Shown one piece after another: positions 46,294-57,500 of a stretch of DNA of 64,000 nt. The stretch is from NCBI GenBank assembly GCA_903837125.1, contig CAILTG010000021.1, positions 11,627 through 75,626 on the forward strand, read 5' to 3'. Position 1 is the first letter of the stretch. Every line of letters begins with the position of its first letter. Under the pieces are notes generated by a model, which saw nothing but the letters and a program-made list of their open reading frames with translations, was not told the DNA's origin and ran no database searches. The position numbers and the translations under genes are program-made. Source of the stretch: Candidatus Magasanikiibacteriota bacterium (GTDB lineage: Bacteria > Patescibacteriota > Patescibacteriia > Magasanikbacterales > UBA922).

Positions 46294-46387
46294 TACCTAT
46301 CTTAAACTAAAAACAATACACTTGGCAAGCTTTTAAAAAACCACTCCGGCAAAGTCGGAATGGTTTTTAATTTAAGACATTTTATAC

Positions 46388-49300
46388 TTAGCCAACTAAT
46401 AAATTTATATGCTGTAGTTCTAAAGGCAAACCGCCAGCATTTATGACACTACCGCTAGCATTTCCTTCTGCGGAAATATTATTTATTGTTGCAAACATTT
46501 CTGGTACTTGTGCTTCAGATAAAATATCTGCCCGCAGTTCAACAATTACTCTTTGATCTTTATTTAAGACATAATTTAGATTATCTATTACTACATTACT
46601 ACCTGAAAGAGTTATTTGTGAACCAATAGGTTGTCCATCAATAAATAAATTTAAGCCAGAAATATTTTCAAATCCACTAATATTTAAACTTAAATTATTT
46701 ATTTTTACATCCTCAACTTTTGGTTCTAACTCAAATCTTCCTAAAACAATACCAATAGAACCCGTGGCCACACTTGAAATCTCTAAAGGTTGGCCAAGAT
46801 AGACATCTAAAGTCCCCAAATTAGTTGGCACTGTTAAACTAAGATGCTGCAATTCCAATGGCAAACCGCCAGCATTTATGACACTACCACTAGAATTACC
46901 TTCTGCAGAAATATTATTTACAGTCACAAACATTCCTGGTACCTGTGCTTCTGGTAAGATATCTGCCCGCAGTTCAACAATTACTCTTTGATCTTTATTT
47001 AAGACATAATTTAGATTATCTATTACTAGGCTACTCCCTGATAGAAATACTTGTGAACCAATAGGTTGTCCATCAATAAATAAATTTAAGCCAGAAATAT
47101 TTTCAAATCCAGTAATATTTAAACTTAAATTATTTATTTTAATATCTTCAACTTTTGCCTCAAGTTCAAATCTTCCTAATACAACAGCGTTAGAACCAGC
47201 AGCCGTACTTGAAACCGTTAAAGGTTGACCAAGGTAAATATCTAAAGTGCCACTACTGCTCACTGGCGCTAAGGCATTATATTCCGCTGTAATCTCGGCA
47301 TCAGTTAAAACTCGCTTATAAAATTTAATTTCATCCATAGAACCAGAGAAGAAGTAATTATTATTATAACTTCCCACCAGAAGTGGAGAATTATCATTCT
47401 TTACCGCACCGGTTTGTGGCTGTTCACCAACTTTTACACCATTGGCATAAACGCGAATCATACTACCATCATAAGTAAGGACAATGTGATTCCATTGGGA
47501 CGTTTTAATTACGTTAGGTGTGTCAAAAACCACGCGAACATCAGACGCGTTGGTGATGCCGGTACGTAAACTGCCGTCATTGGAAATAGTTAATTCATAG
47601 TTAAGCTCTTTGGTAGCAACTACAGCATATTGATTGGAGAAAGATTCCGGCTTGATCCAAGCTTCCAAGGTTAAGGCTTGACCTGGCTCAAGATATTCAG
47701 AATCATTGGCAGTAATTAAATCATTTGTGCCGTCAAATTGCAGAGCAGTACCAGAAATGCCAAGAACATTCGCAATAGGACATTGATCTCCCGAACATCC
47801 TAGAGGAAATAAAGAAGCTGTATCAAAAAACTTGGTTGAATTAGCCGGCTCATTTAATTTATACTCAAAACTATTAATATCAATTGGAACTGGCTTAGAA
47901 TTATTATATTCTGTAGCAATTTCTTCATCTGTCAAAACACGTTTATAAAATTTAATTTCATCTATTGTGCCAAAGAATGGATAATTGCTATTGTAATTAC
48001 CAACTAATAGAGGCGTATTATCATTTTTTATAGCACCAGTCTGCACTTCCTCACCAACTTTTACGCCATTGACATAAGCCCGGACCATACTGCCATCATA
48101 AGTAAGCACAATGTGATTCCATTGGGACAACGTAACTACATTAGGAGTATCAAAAACTACCCGAGTATCAGCCGCATTGACAATACCTGTACGCAAACTA
48201 CCATCATTAGAAATAGTCAATTCATAATTAAGTCCCTTGCTAGCAACCACAGCATAATGATTAGAACTTGCATAAGGTTTGACCCAAGTTTCCAAAGTTA
48301 GGGCTTGACCCGGTTCAAGATATTCAGAATCATTGGCAGAAATCAGATCATTTGTGCCGTCAAATTGTAATGCAGTACCAGAAATACCAGGAACATTCGC
48401 AGTAGGGCATTGATCTCCCAAACAAGCTAAAGGAAAAATTGAGGCCTGATCAAAAAATTGATTTGATCCAACCGGTTCATTTAATTTATAGATCAATTCA
48501 TTATCAACAACTGGAACCGGTTTCAAATTATTATATTCCGCCATAATCTCAGCACCAGTTAAGGTTTGCTTATAAAATTTAATTTCATCAATTGTGCCAA
48601 AGAATGGATACCTATCATCACCTAAACTACCAACTAACAATGGGGTACTATCATTCTTTATGGCACCGGTCTGTGGCTGTTCACCTACTTTTACACCATT
48701 GACATAAGCGCGAATCATACTACCATCATAAGTAAGTGCTAGATGATTCCATTGGTACATTTTTACTACATTATATGCATCAACAGCCGCACGTATGTTG
48801 GAGGCATTGGTGATACCCGCACGCAAACTACCATCATTAGTAATAGATATTTCATAATTAAACCCTTTAGTAATGACCACGGAATAATAATTGGAACTGG
48901 GCTGAGGTTTAATCCAGGTTTCCAAAGTAATTTGGTCTGTTGCTGAAATAATTTCGTTGTTATTAATATAGGTAAAATTATTTACTCCATTGAATTGTAA
49001 AGCTTTCCCAGAAATACCTATTACACCTGCCTCTGGACAATAACTAGCGCCACAACCCATCACTAAACCAGAAACATTATCAACAAAACTAGTGCTACCA
49101 GATTGCTCTTCGAAACTATAAGCTAAATTAATAACACTTGGAGGAACAACTTTTGAAACATTTACCGGTCCCAACCAATCTCCACTACTAGTTAAATTTC
49201 CATCATTATCAACTACTACGACAAGATAATAATATATTCCAGAAGTAACATTGTCCGTATAAGAAACCATAGCCATATTTGTGGAAGTGTTGATTGGTGA

Positions 49301-50524
49301 AAGTCCGGAAATAAGAGTGGTGGTATTAGTACTACGATAAATTTCAAATCTATTAAAATCATTCTGATTGTCTACATAAGTATTCCAATTCAAAACTACA
49401 GTTTCCGGAGCGCTAGAACTGGTTGAAAGACCAGTTACTGGATTTGGAGGAATTAACTTTGGATCTATTTGCCCGGTAGTAGAAGTAAAATCTATGGATT
49501 TATTGAACAAAGGAGTAACACCAGTATTTAAGACTGAAGTATTATCAACATTTGAATTTGTTTTTATAACTAAATTATTATTTGCTGAATAAGCAAAAAT
49601 CCCCTGCTCTGTTTCATAAGAAATATTCTCTAAAGCAGAAAATTTTTCTTTGGTAAATTTATTTTTTAACAATTGACCGGAATAATTATACAAAGATACA
49701 CTGCCATCAGTAAGTTGAACCACTACTTCCAGTCCAGCATTATTTTTATCAATATCAGCCACAATTAAATTAGCACCACTGTCGCGTAAAATAATAGGAA
49801 ATCCGGTGGCAATAGTTCCAGAAGCAGAATAAGCATATAATTTATCATTACTTAAATACCACAATTCGCCATTACCATCATCAACTACTCTACTTAAAAC
49901 TGGACCAGAAACATTAATAGTCTTAACAAGATTCCAACCAGATGATCTTTGATAAACTTGTATTTCAGATTCTCCATCAACCGCATAATAAAACTTATTT
50001 TTAGCGTTGTCTGTTGAAATGTGATTTATTAAACTAGTACCAACTACAATTGGTGTAGCGGTCCAAATTCCAGAGTTTAGAGTTAACTCTTGTACATCCC
50101 CAGCAGCGCTACTATAAAGAACAGTATATTTTTGTAAATTATAATTATACAAGGAAACAATATCAAAACCCAAACCATAAGCATATAACATGACATTTGA
50201 AATTTCTGTTCCTGTACTACTATACAAATGTAAATAATATTCTCCGCTAGTTTTTCTTTCTACCACGCAAATTTCATTCCCAACTACTCCATCAAAATTA
50301 CCTACAATAGGATTGCCTTCAAAAACACCCTCTGCCCAAACAGGAAAACCAGATAACAATTTTCCTGAAGCAGAATAAACAGCCAAACCACCATCATTCG
50401 TAATCAAAATTCTTTCCGCGCCAGGACTAGCGGGATTTATTTCTCCTACACTAGCAAAAACCAAACCCGGCAGAACCAAAAACCCTAACACAGCGATTAG
50501 CGTCAACTTTAATTTTGTGAACAT
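46388..50524 (-). CDS. Giant secreted surface protein: signal peptide, beta-propeller-like N-terminal region, three tandem LamG (concanavalin/laminin-G, PF13385-like) domains, two C-terminal ~147-aa tandem repeats.
   Basis: Signal MFTKLKLTLIAVLGFLVLPGLVFA. Three copies of ...ALQFDGTNDLI.ANDSEYLEPGQALTLE.W.KP....N.YAVVA.K..NYELTISNDGSLR.GI.NA...RVVFDTPNV...QWNHIVLTYDGSM.R.YVNGVKVGE...GTIDEIKFYKRVLTD.EI. C-terminal repeat GTLD.YLGQPL..SS.A.GS...VLGRFELE.KVED.KINNLSLNI.GFENISGLNLFIDGQPIGSQ... x2. Confidence 0.75.
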   Translation of the reverse strand: MFTKLKLTLIAVLGFLVLPGLVFASVGEINPASPGAERILITNDGGLAVYSASGKLLSGFPVWAEGVFEGNPIVGNFDGVVGNEICVVERKTSGEYYLHLYSSTGTEISNVMLYAYGLGFDIVSLYNYNLQKYTVLYSSAAGDVQELTLNSGIWTATPIVVGTSLINHISTDNAKNKFYYAVDGESEIQVYQRSSGWNLVKTINVSGPVLSRVVDDGNGELWYLSNDKLYAYSASGTIATGFPIILRDSGANLIVADIDKNNAGLEVVVQLTDGSVSLYNYSGQLLKNKFTKEKFSALENISYETEQGIFAYSANNNLVIKTNSNVDNTSVLNTGVTPLFNKSIDFTSTTGQIDPKLIPPNPVTGLSTSSSAPETVVLNWNTYVDNQNDFNRFEIYRSTNTTTLISGLSPINTSTNMAMVSYTDNVTSGIYYYLVVVVDNDGNLTSSGDWLGPVNVSKVVPPSVINLAYSFEEQSGSTSFVDNVSGLVMGCGASYCPEAGVIGISGKALQFNGVNNFTYINNNEIISATDQITLETWIKPQPSSNYYSVVITKGFNYEISITNDGSLRAGITNASNIRAAVDAYNVVKMYQWNHLALTYDGSMIRAYVNGVKVGEQPQTGAIKNDSTPLLVGSLGDDRYPFFGTIDEIKFYKQTLTGAEIMAEYNNLKPVPVVDNELIYKLNEPVGSNQFFDQASIFPLACLGDQCPTANVPGISGTALQFDGTNDLISANDSEYLEPGQALTLETWVKPYASSNHYAVVASKGLNYELTISNDGSLRTGIVNAADTRVVFDTPNVVTLSQWNHIVLTYDGSMVRAYVNGVKVGEEVQTGAIKNDNTPLLVGNYNSNYPFFGTIDEIKFYKRVLTDEEIATEYNNSKPVPIDINSFEYKLNEPANSTKFFDTASLFPLGCSGDQCPIANVLGISGTALQFDGTNDLITANDSEYLEPGQALTLEAWIKPESFSNQYAVVATKELNYELTISNDGSLRTGITNASDVRVVFDTPNVIKTSQWNHIVLTYDGSMIRVYANGVKVGEQPQTGAVKNDNSPLLVGSYNNNYFFSGSMDEIKFYKRVLTDAEITAEYNALAPVSSSGTLDIYLGQPLTVSSTAAGSNAVVLGRFELEAKVEDIKINNLSLNITGFENISGLNLFIDGQPIGSQVFLSGSSLVIDNLNYVLNKDQRVIVELRADILPEAQVPGMFVTVNNISAEGNSSGSVINAGGLPLELQHLSLTVPTNLGTLDVYLGQPLEISSVATGSIGIVLGRFELEPKVEDVKINNLSLNISGFENISGLNLFIDGQPIGSQITLSGSNVVIDNLNYVLNKDQRVIVELRADILSEAQVPEMFATINNISAEGNASGSVINAGGLPLELQHINLLVG
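46391..47272. repeat. Two tandem ~441-bp DNA repeats encoding the C-terminal repeat domain of the LamG protein
   Basis: Near-identical segments beginning ...aaaggcaaaccgccagcatttatgacactacc... at about 46420 and ...aatggcaaaccgccagcatttatgacactacc... at about 46862. Confidence 0.75.
47275..49150. repeat. Three tandem ~625-bp DNA repeats encoding the LamG domains
   Basis: Repeated blocks ...ggtgtgtcaaaaaccacgcgaacatcagacgcgttggtgatgcc... / ...ggagtatcaaaaactacccgagtatcagccgcattgacaatacc... / ...ttatatgcatcaacagccgcacgtatgttggaggcattggtgatacc... Confidence 0.65.
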
Positions 50525-50679
50525 ATGATTAATATTAATTTTTAATAATTTATAATTCCCTCTATCCCCAACCCTAATTTTTTAAGATTGGGTGAGAAAT
50601 AATTAATCAATTATATTCGGACTTAAAAATGTTTCTATACCACCATTCTCCAATCCTTTAATTAATCCTTTCAAACTTT

Positions 50680-50964
50680 CTAAATATATATATATTTATC
50701 AATACTCTCATCAATTGGTTCAATATTAATACGATATTTATAATAATATTTTATTGTTTGATCATTACTATCTGGAATTTTTCCACCATATTTTTCGGAA
50801 TTATAAAGTTCATTTTCTTTGATATTGATACTTAAAAGGGCAGATTCAACAACACCAAATTTACCAGCAACGCCCACAATCAAGCTTGCTACATTTATTT
50901 TCAATGTTTCTCTGTCACCAGAATAGTTGACAAATAATTCGCAGTTTAAATTATTAGCACTCAT
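50680..50964 (-). CDS. Small hypothetical protein downstream of the RHS toxin and immunity gene (possible second immunity or accessory protein)
   Basis: 94-aa ORF 11 nt after the upstream ORF. No motif recognised. Confidence 0.35.
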   Translation of the reverse strand: MSANNLNCELFVNYSGDRETLKINVASLIVGVAGKFGVVESALLSINIKENELYNSEKYGGKIPDSNDQTIKYYYKYRINIEPIDESIDKYIYI

Positions 50965-50975
50965 AATTAAATTAT

Positions 50976-51563
50976 TTAGTCATCCACTTCCATAGAAATA
51001 CCACGTTCAACAAAAAAATCTTGAACACTTTTTAATACAAGTTCTTTTTCTCTTTCACGTCCCACGAGTTGGACATTACCAACGTCATCTGCAAACAATA
51101 AGTAATTAACTGAATCCATGTTTCTTTCACCAAGTTTAGACATGAGACCTCTCAAAGTAAATTCTTTTGTACCAGCCATTTTTTTAAAATACTCTAACAG
51201 TACTAAATTTTCCTTATTATCCACAATCATATACATACTTTCATGCGGTATTTCATCCACGTAATGTTGCAATGTCTTTTCATCATAAACATCAACTACA
51301 TACAACAATCTGTGCATGTTCAAAATTCTGTGAATAAAAGCAAAAAATATATTACCAGAATAAAGAGGAAATTCTTTATACTTATCTAACACTGGATAAT
51401 AGTAATTACTTGCAATAATCTTCTTCTCTTTTAATTCATCACAAAATAATTTTATAAAAGAAAACCGATTAAAAGAATCTGAAAAATATTCCTGAACAAC
51501 GAACTGCAAATCAAACAAACCTGCTTGATTATTGGTAACTTTATACTTAATTAATTTTTCCAT
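50976..51563 (-). CDS. Putative immunity protein for the RHS C-terminal toxin (hypothetical 195-aa cytoplasmic protein)
   Basis: Starts 6 nt after the RHS toxin stop. Size and position are typical of a cognate immunity gene. No known family recognised. Confidence 0.45.
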   Translation of the reverse strand: MEKLIKYKVTNNQAGLFDLQFVVQEYFSDSFNRFSFIKLFCDELKEKKIIASNYYYPVLDKYKEFPLYSGNIFFAFIHRILNMHRLLYVVDVYDEKTLQHYVDEIPHESMYMIVDNKENLVLLEYFKKMAGTKEFTLRGLMSKLGERNMDSVNYLLFADDVGNVQLVGREREKELVLKSVQDFFVERGISMEVDD

Positions 51564-51568
51564 ATAAT

Positions 51569-54500
51569 TTATTTATCATCAAAATTAACTAAATTACTAT
51601 TATATGTATTATACGACGTAATTCCTTTAACAATACTAACAATTGGCACGAGTGGAATATGAACAGCCGACTCAAACCCACTAAGACCTAGATGCCAATA
51701 AGGTGAACCAGCTGCACTAGTTGGATGAAAACCTATATGAGCTCTGAGTCCACCACTTACTTTTTCAAGAATACTTAAGTCAGGTTTAGACCCGGCATTT
51801 ACCTTTAAAAGAGTATTTTCTGTTTCAACCAATTTTATTTGTTTAGCAGGTAGCAATTTGGACACAACACTGGTAGCTTTAAAACCAGCGAAAACGTCAA
51901 CAACATCATAACCAACATTTAAACTAGTATTTAACACAGAACCTTTTTCAGTTGTAGCATTAATAGCTTCATGAGCAGGATTGAAGGTGTAGTCCACGGC
52001 TTCTTCTTTCTCGTCAAAAATACTATTCCACATATTAACAACACCACCAGACAGTTGTGTGGTGCCTGCAACAATATTATTAGCACCCAACACACCCATA
52101 CCCACGCCACCGGCCACGGCCAGAGGTGCACCTAGCCCGCCGGTCGCGACGGTACCACCTGTAGCTAAAGTAACACCACCAGCTACTTCCACAGCTCCAA
52201 ACACAGTATTCAACCCACCCAATACAGTTTGTTTTGTTCCTTCCCACAACAAATCCCAATTTATCTCTCCACTCGGATCCGTATACTTCAATGGATTATT
52301 CTTTACATAAATATATTCATTGTAACCCAACACTCCATCGCCACGATGAATAATTGGATCTTTTGACAAGAATCTGCCAAGCAAAGGATTGTAATAGCGG
52401 GCGTTGTAATAATATAATTCTGATTCAGCATCAAATTCCTGACCAGTGTATAAATAATTACTGGTATTACTATCTTCTCCTAGTTCGCTGGCAATACTGC
52501 CAAATGGGTCATAGCTATACTGGTGCACAATTGCCCCAGTGTTGTTTGTAACCAGCACAGTGGAACCAAGAATATCTTGATTAAGATATTGCAAATTATT
52601 ATTTTGATCTATTTCTGCAATTGAGCCTAGGCCATTTACCATTGTTTTTAGAATTGTTCCGGTGGCACTTACTTCATTCAAAACAGTTAAGCCATTATTA
52701 AGATAATAAGTATTATCGCCATTTACAGCTTTCTTCACACGGTTGCCAAAATCATCATAAACAAATGCCGAAACATTATTTGTTTGATTTGGAATTTGAT
52801 AAGTAATTGAATTTAATTTATTTTCCGAATTCCAATTATAATTTACAGTTTTGGTATTTTTACCAAGCAAACTATAATTTTCTTGGATAATATTGCCATT
52901 ATTATCAGTGGCATAAGCAACATTCAATTTATTATTAAGAGACAATCCAAAAATTTCGTTGGTGTTGGCATTATAATTATAAGTAGTGGTGCCAAAGGCA
53001 GTATGGTAATTTGTTCTGTTACCCCAAGCATCATAATTATAAGCTAAATTTTGACCGGTTGCTAAATGATTATAATCAGCATTAGTAACTTGGCTTATTG
53101 AATCATAAGCATAATTAACAGTGGAAGAAGTTAATTGTCCATCAGTCAATTTAAGTTCCACCATTTGCGTTCTGTTTGATTCCTTATCATAAGTATAATC
53201 CTGTCTAAATAAAATATTAACGCCTAATTTTGTTTCTACACTCTTTGGCCTTTGCGATTCATCATAAGTATAAGTGGTAACTGTGCCATTGCCATAAGTA
53301 ACAGTTAATGGTTTGCCAAATGAAGTGTAAGTATAAACTGCCAAATTATTGGAAGCATAAACTACATTATCAAGTAGCGCGCGATTATTATAATTATAAT
53401 TTATTTTCTTATTCGCGGCATCGGTAATAGATTTTAATCCCGAGTCAACAAAATATTCTCTACCAACATTAAAAGTACCAGCCAAACCAATAATTGTTTT
53501 GGCTTCATTAGTGTTTCTATTCAAAACATCATAAGTATAAGCGGTAGTGCCGGACAAGTCACTTAAACTAAGCAAATTATTCCATTGATCATAACCATAA
53601 TTTATTTCACCTTCTGGTAAAGTTTTTTTGGTTAACCTTTCCAATTTGTCATAAGTATAGGAAACAGAATTACTATTGGCATTTAACTCACTGATTTTGT
53701 TGCTATTTTCATCATAACCAAAAGTAAAGACTTTATTGCCGGGTTCAATTCGCTTGTTTACTCTGTTTAACTGATCATATTCATAACTGGTAATTTTGCC
53801 AGCAATATTTTCTGTTAGACGGTTACTGTTGGCATCGTAAGTATAATTAATCACTGTATTTTGTGAATTAGTTTCGCTCGTCAAACGGTTTAATTTATCA
53901 TAAGCATAATTAGTCGTAAATCCACGTTTGTCTTTCAAGCTGATTTTATTATTCAACAAATCATAACCATAATCTTCATAATTGTTTAAAGAATCTATTA
54001 CTTTAATTAAGCGATTCAAAGAATCATACTGAAATTGAGTAATCTTGCTCTGTGAATCGGTGACGGTTAATTTATTTCCAGCCTTATCATAAGTATAGTG
54101 AGTATTATTATTTGCCGGATCAAATTCATCTGTCAAACGATTAAAAGCGTCATAAGTATAAGTCCAAATTCTGCTCATTTGATCTGTCTTACTTAAAACG
54201 TTACCAACTCCATCATACGTTTGTGAACTAAAATTACCTAAAGCATCAGTAATTTTTGTTTGTCTGTTCAAATTATCATACAAATAATTTATTACATGAG
54301 TATTACTAGTGCCATTGGAATTTTGACGATCAATAGTTTTAACTAAATTACCATTGGCATCATAAAAATACAGAGTATATTTATCATTGGCATCAATCTT
54401 TTTAATTACGCGGTTAGCGCCATCATAAACATAAGAAACTGAAGTTCCCAAGCTATTGCGATTGCTGACACTCAAAAATCCTCGAGGGTTTAATTCCCCG

Positions 54501-57500
54501 GTTTTGTTGCCATTGGCGTCATAAAAATATTTGGTGTGGCCATTCAAAGCGTCATCAGCCTGAAGCAAATGATCCATTAAATCATAAGAATAAATTGTAA
54601 CGTTGTTCTTGCCATCAACATCCTTAATTTTCCGATTAAAACCATCATACTCAAATTTATTGGCAAGATAATTTGAAGCGTCATAATATTTTCTGACTTC
54701 AATATTATTACCGCGCACATCATAAAAATAATCAGCCCGCGCTCCACCGGTGTTTGTTTCTTTTTTTACTTGTCCATTGTTGTAATATTCGTAAGTGATA
54801 GTTTTAACTGGGTCAGTCTTACTAATTATACGATTGGCAGAATCATAAACATATACAATTTCTCGATTTAGAGCATCCTGATCTTTTAATTTGTTCCCCA
54901 CCCAATCATACTGAGATAAAATTGCACTACCAGATTTGGTGACTGACAACAGACTAGCATTAATATCTTTATCATAAACATAAACAGTTGTTCTACCCAA
55001 TTCATCAGTAGCGCTCAGTTTGTGATCTTCTACATCATAAATAAATGTCTGATAAGTATTATCTGGATTAATAGCTTTTCTTAAATTTCCTTTAGTATCA
55101 TATTCAAAATTATACGCGTTACCTTTGGGGTCAGTATACCTAACGCGGTTACCATAAACATCATAAAGATAATTCTTTGTTACGGTTTGTGTCGTGGCAT
55201 CAGCTTGATTTACTATTAAGGATTCACTGGCAAGATAATTACCTGCTGCGTCATAAGTGTAATTAACAACTTGACCAGTCTTACTAGTGTATTTTTTCAA
55301 TGTGCCGTTGGTATTATATTCACGACGTTCAATATTACTTGTTGGATCAGTAAGAGTAACAAGATTTCCATAACTGTCATAAGCATAATTAGTTACTTTT
55401 GTTTCAACTGGTACAGTTGGAGTACTCGCCAAACTTACTGTTTCTGTCTTTCTAGTCATTCGGTTGAATGTGTCTTCATACACAAAAGTATTTACTGTGT
55501 GATAAGTAGTGTCTGGTAAAGTTTCCTTACTTAAGCGACGCTTGGTATCATATTCATAACTAATAATATTATTATTACCGTCAGTGTAAGAAATTGGCAT
55601 GCCCAAAGCACTATATGCCCACTTTTCAATGTTAGTTCCACGTTCTTGATAAATTTTTAATTCACCAGAGTTAAAACAAACCCGATCAGAATAAAAATTA
55701 TTTAAATCACGATAATTTTTAACCAAAGTACAGTGAGTTGAACCTACAATACCAGCATCTGCGACTTGGTAATCCAAAGTATAAACTTTTCTTTTCGCAC
55801 CAACAGCATCTACATTTGGATTGTATTCCCACTGTTCAGTAACCCGCCCATTACTATCAAAAGTGTTATACAAAATTGTACCACGAGGATCAGTATAGGT
55901 AAGCATTTTGCCATCGGCAGTATAAGTAAAATTTTTATCAATTGTCTCGGACACGCCATTATAAATCCGATTGCTCTGTACATGAACTAAATTACTATTT
56001 GCATCATATTCATAAGTAATTACAACTGGATTGGCAGAATTAACATTATCTTGTATACGAACAATCTTATCCCATTTAGCATCATCACTAGCTGAACCAT
56101 AACTAAATGCAATAGAACGACCAGAAGCATCTGTGATAGTTGTTAAAAGTGGCATTGAACGAACACTAGTGTAAGTTAAAGCTGTCACATTACCATTAGT
56201 ATCAACAATATTTTCCAAAACTCCCATATTTGCAGAAATAGCATTAACCGTGCCAGAAAATATATATTTAATTCCATCTAATTTCTGATAAACTAATCGA
56301 CTATTTTCCCAATATAAATTATCAAATTCTCCAACTGGCGGAGTATAGGTTGCTCCACCATCAGTAGTGGTATACGTTGCTACTGAAGCCCCACCTAAAT
56401 ATATTTCAATGTTTTTAGAAATAGGATCTTGATAATAATACATATTATAAGAATGCGCCCAACCATTACCCATTCTATTATTGCGATCAAATAATCTAGA
56501 ATTATAAGTTCTAGTAAAATTAATTGCTTCCCCTCTACCTGGCAATGAAAAATCAGTTTGCGTAAATTCAAAAGCACCAGTACGAATATTAACCGGATCA
56601 GCTGCAAAATTATAAGCTAATAAATCTGTTTTTTTACTCGTGTACGAGGCGTACTGTGCATCCTTGATTGGTTTGGCATCAACTGCTGTAATTTTCGTGC
56701 CAGCATAATATTCTTCAGAATCATAATAACTATCACTATCAAAATCTGGAGCTGGTGTAGAACCACCACCGCCACCACAAGTAGAATATCTTCTAATTTT
56801 AATATTATTTGAAGTATTAGAAATATTATTTGACTCATTAGATTCTGAAATATTATTACTTGGATCAAGAGTGATTGACACCTGATAATTTGCCTCATAA
56901 GGCATACTGCAATTGTCTTCAATATTTGCTGTCATTGTTTTGGTACCACTATACCCCGCAATTAAATTCCAACTAGACGGAGATTCATTCAACAAACCAT
57001 ATGTATTACCATTGCTAACATCTACTATCCCAGCACTATGAACCACACCATTGGAGGCAGTTGTTCCCAAATTTTCTATCGTATAACTATAAGCAATCTG
57101 ATTACCACCATACAGGGTGCCAGCGCTAGTAATGGTGCCATTGCTAGGTTTGAGATCTGGCAAAGGATTGAGATCATAAACAACACGAGAAAACACTCCA
57201 GTATAGTCATCATTTTCAGCTAATAAAGTTGTAGCGTTGGAATCATACAACTCAAGATAAGTATCAACACTTCCGCTAACTTGAACAGTCTGAATAGTTA
57301 CTACCGAACCAGAACGAGCAAAACTAATGCCATAGGCACCAACATCTGAAGTGTTTAAACCTCTGGCCTTAAAATAATAAACTTTAGAATTATAAGTAAA
57401 TTTAAACCAATCTTGATCGCTAGTTGTTAATTGCAAACTATTGTTAGTATAAGTTGTTGCAGTGCCAATATTATAAGCCTGTGAATAAGTATTATTTGGT

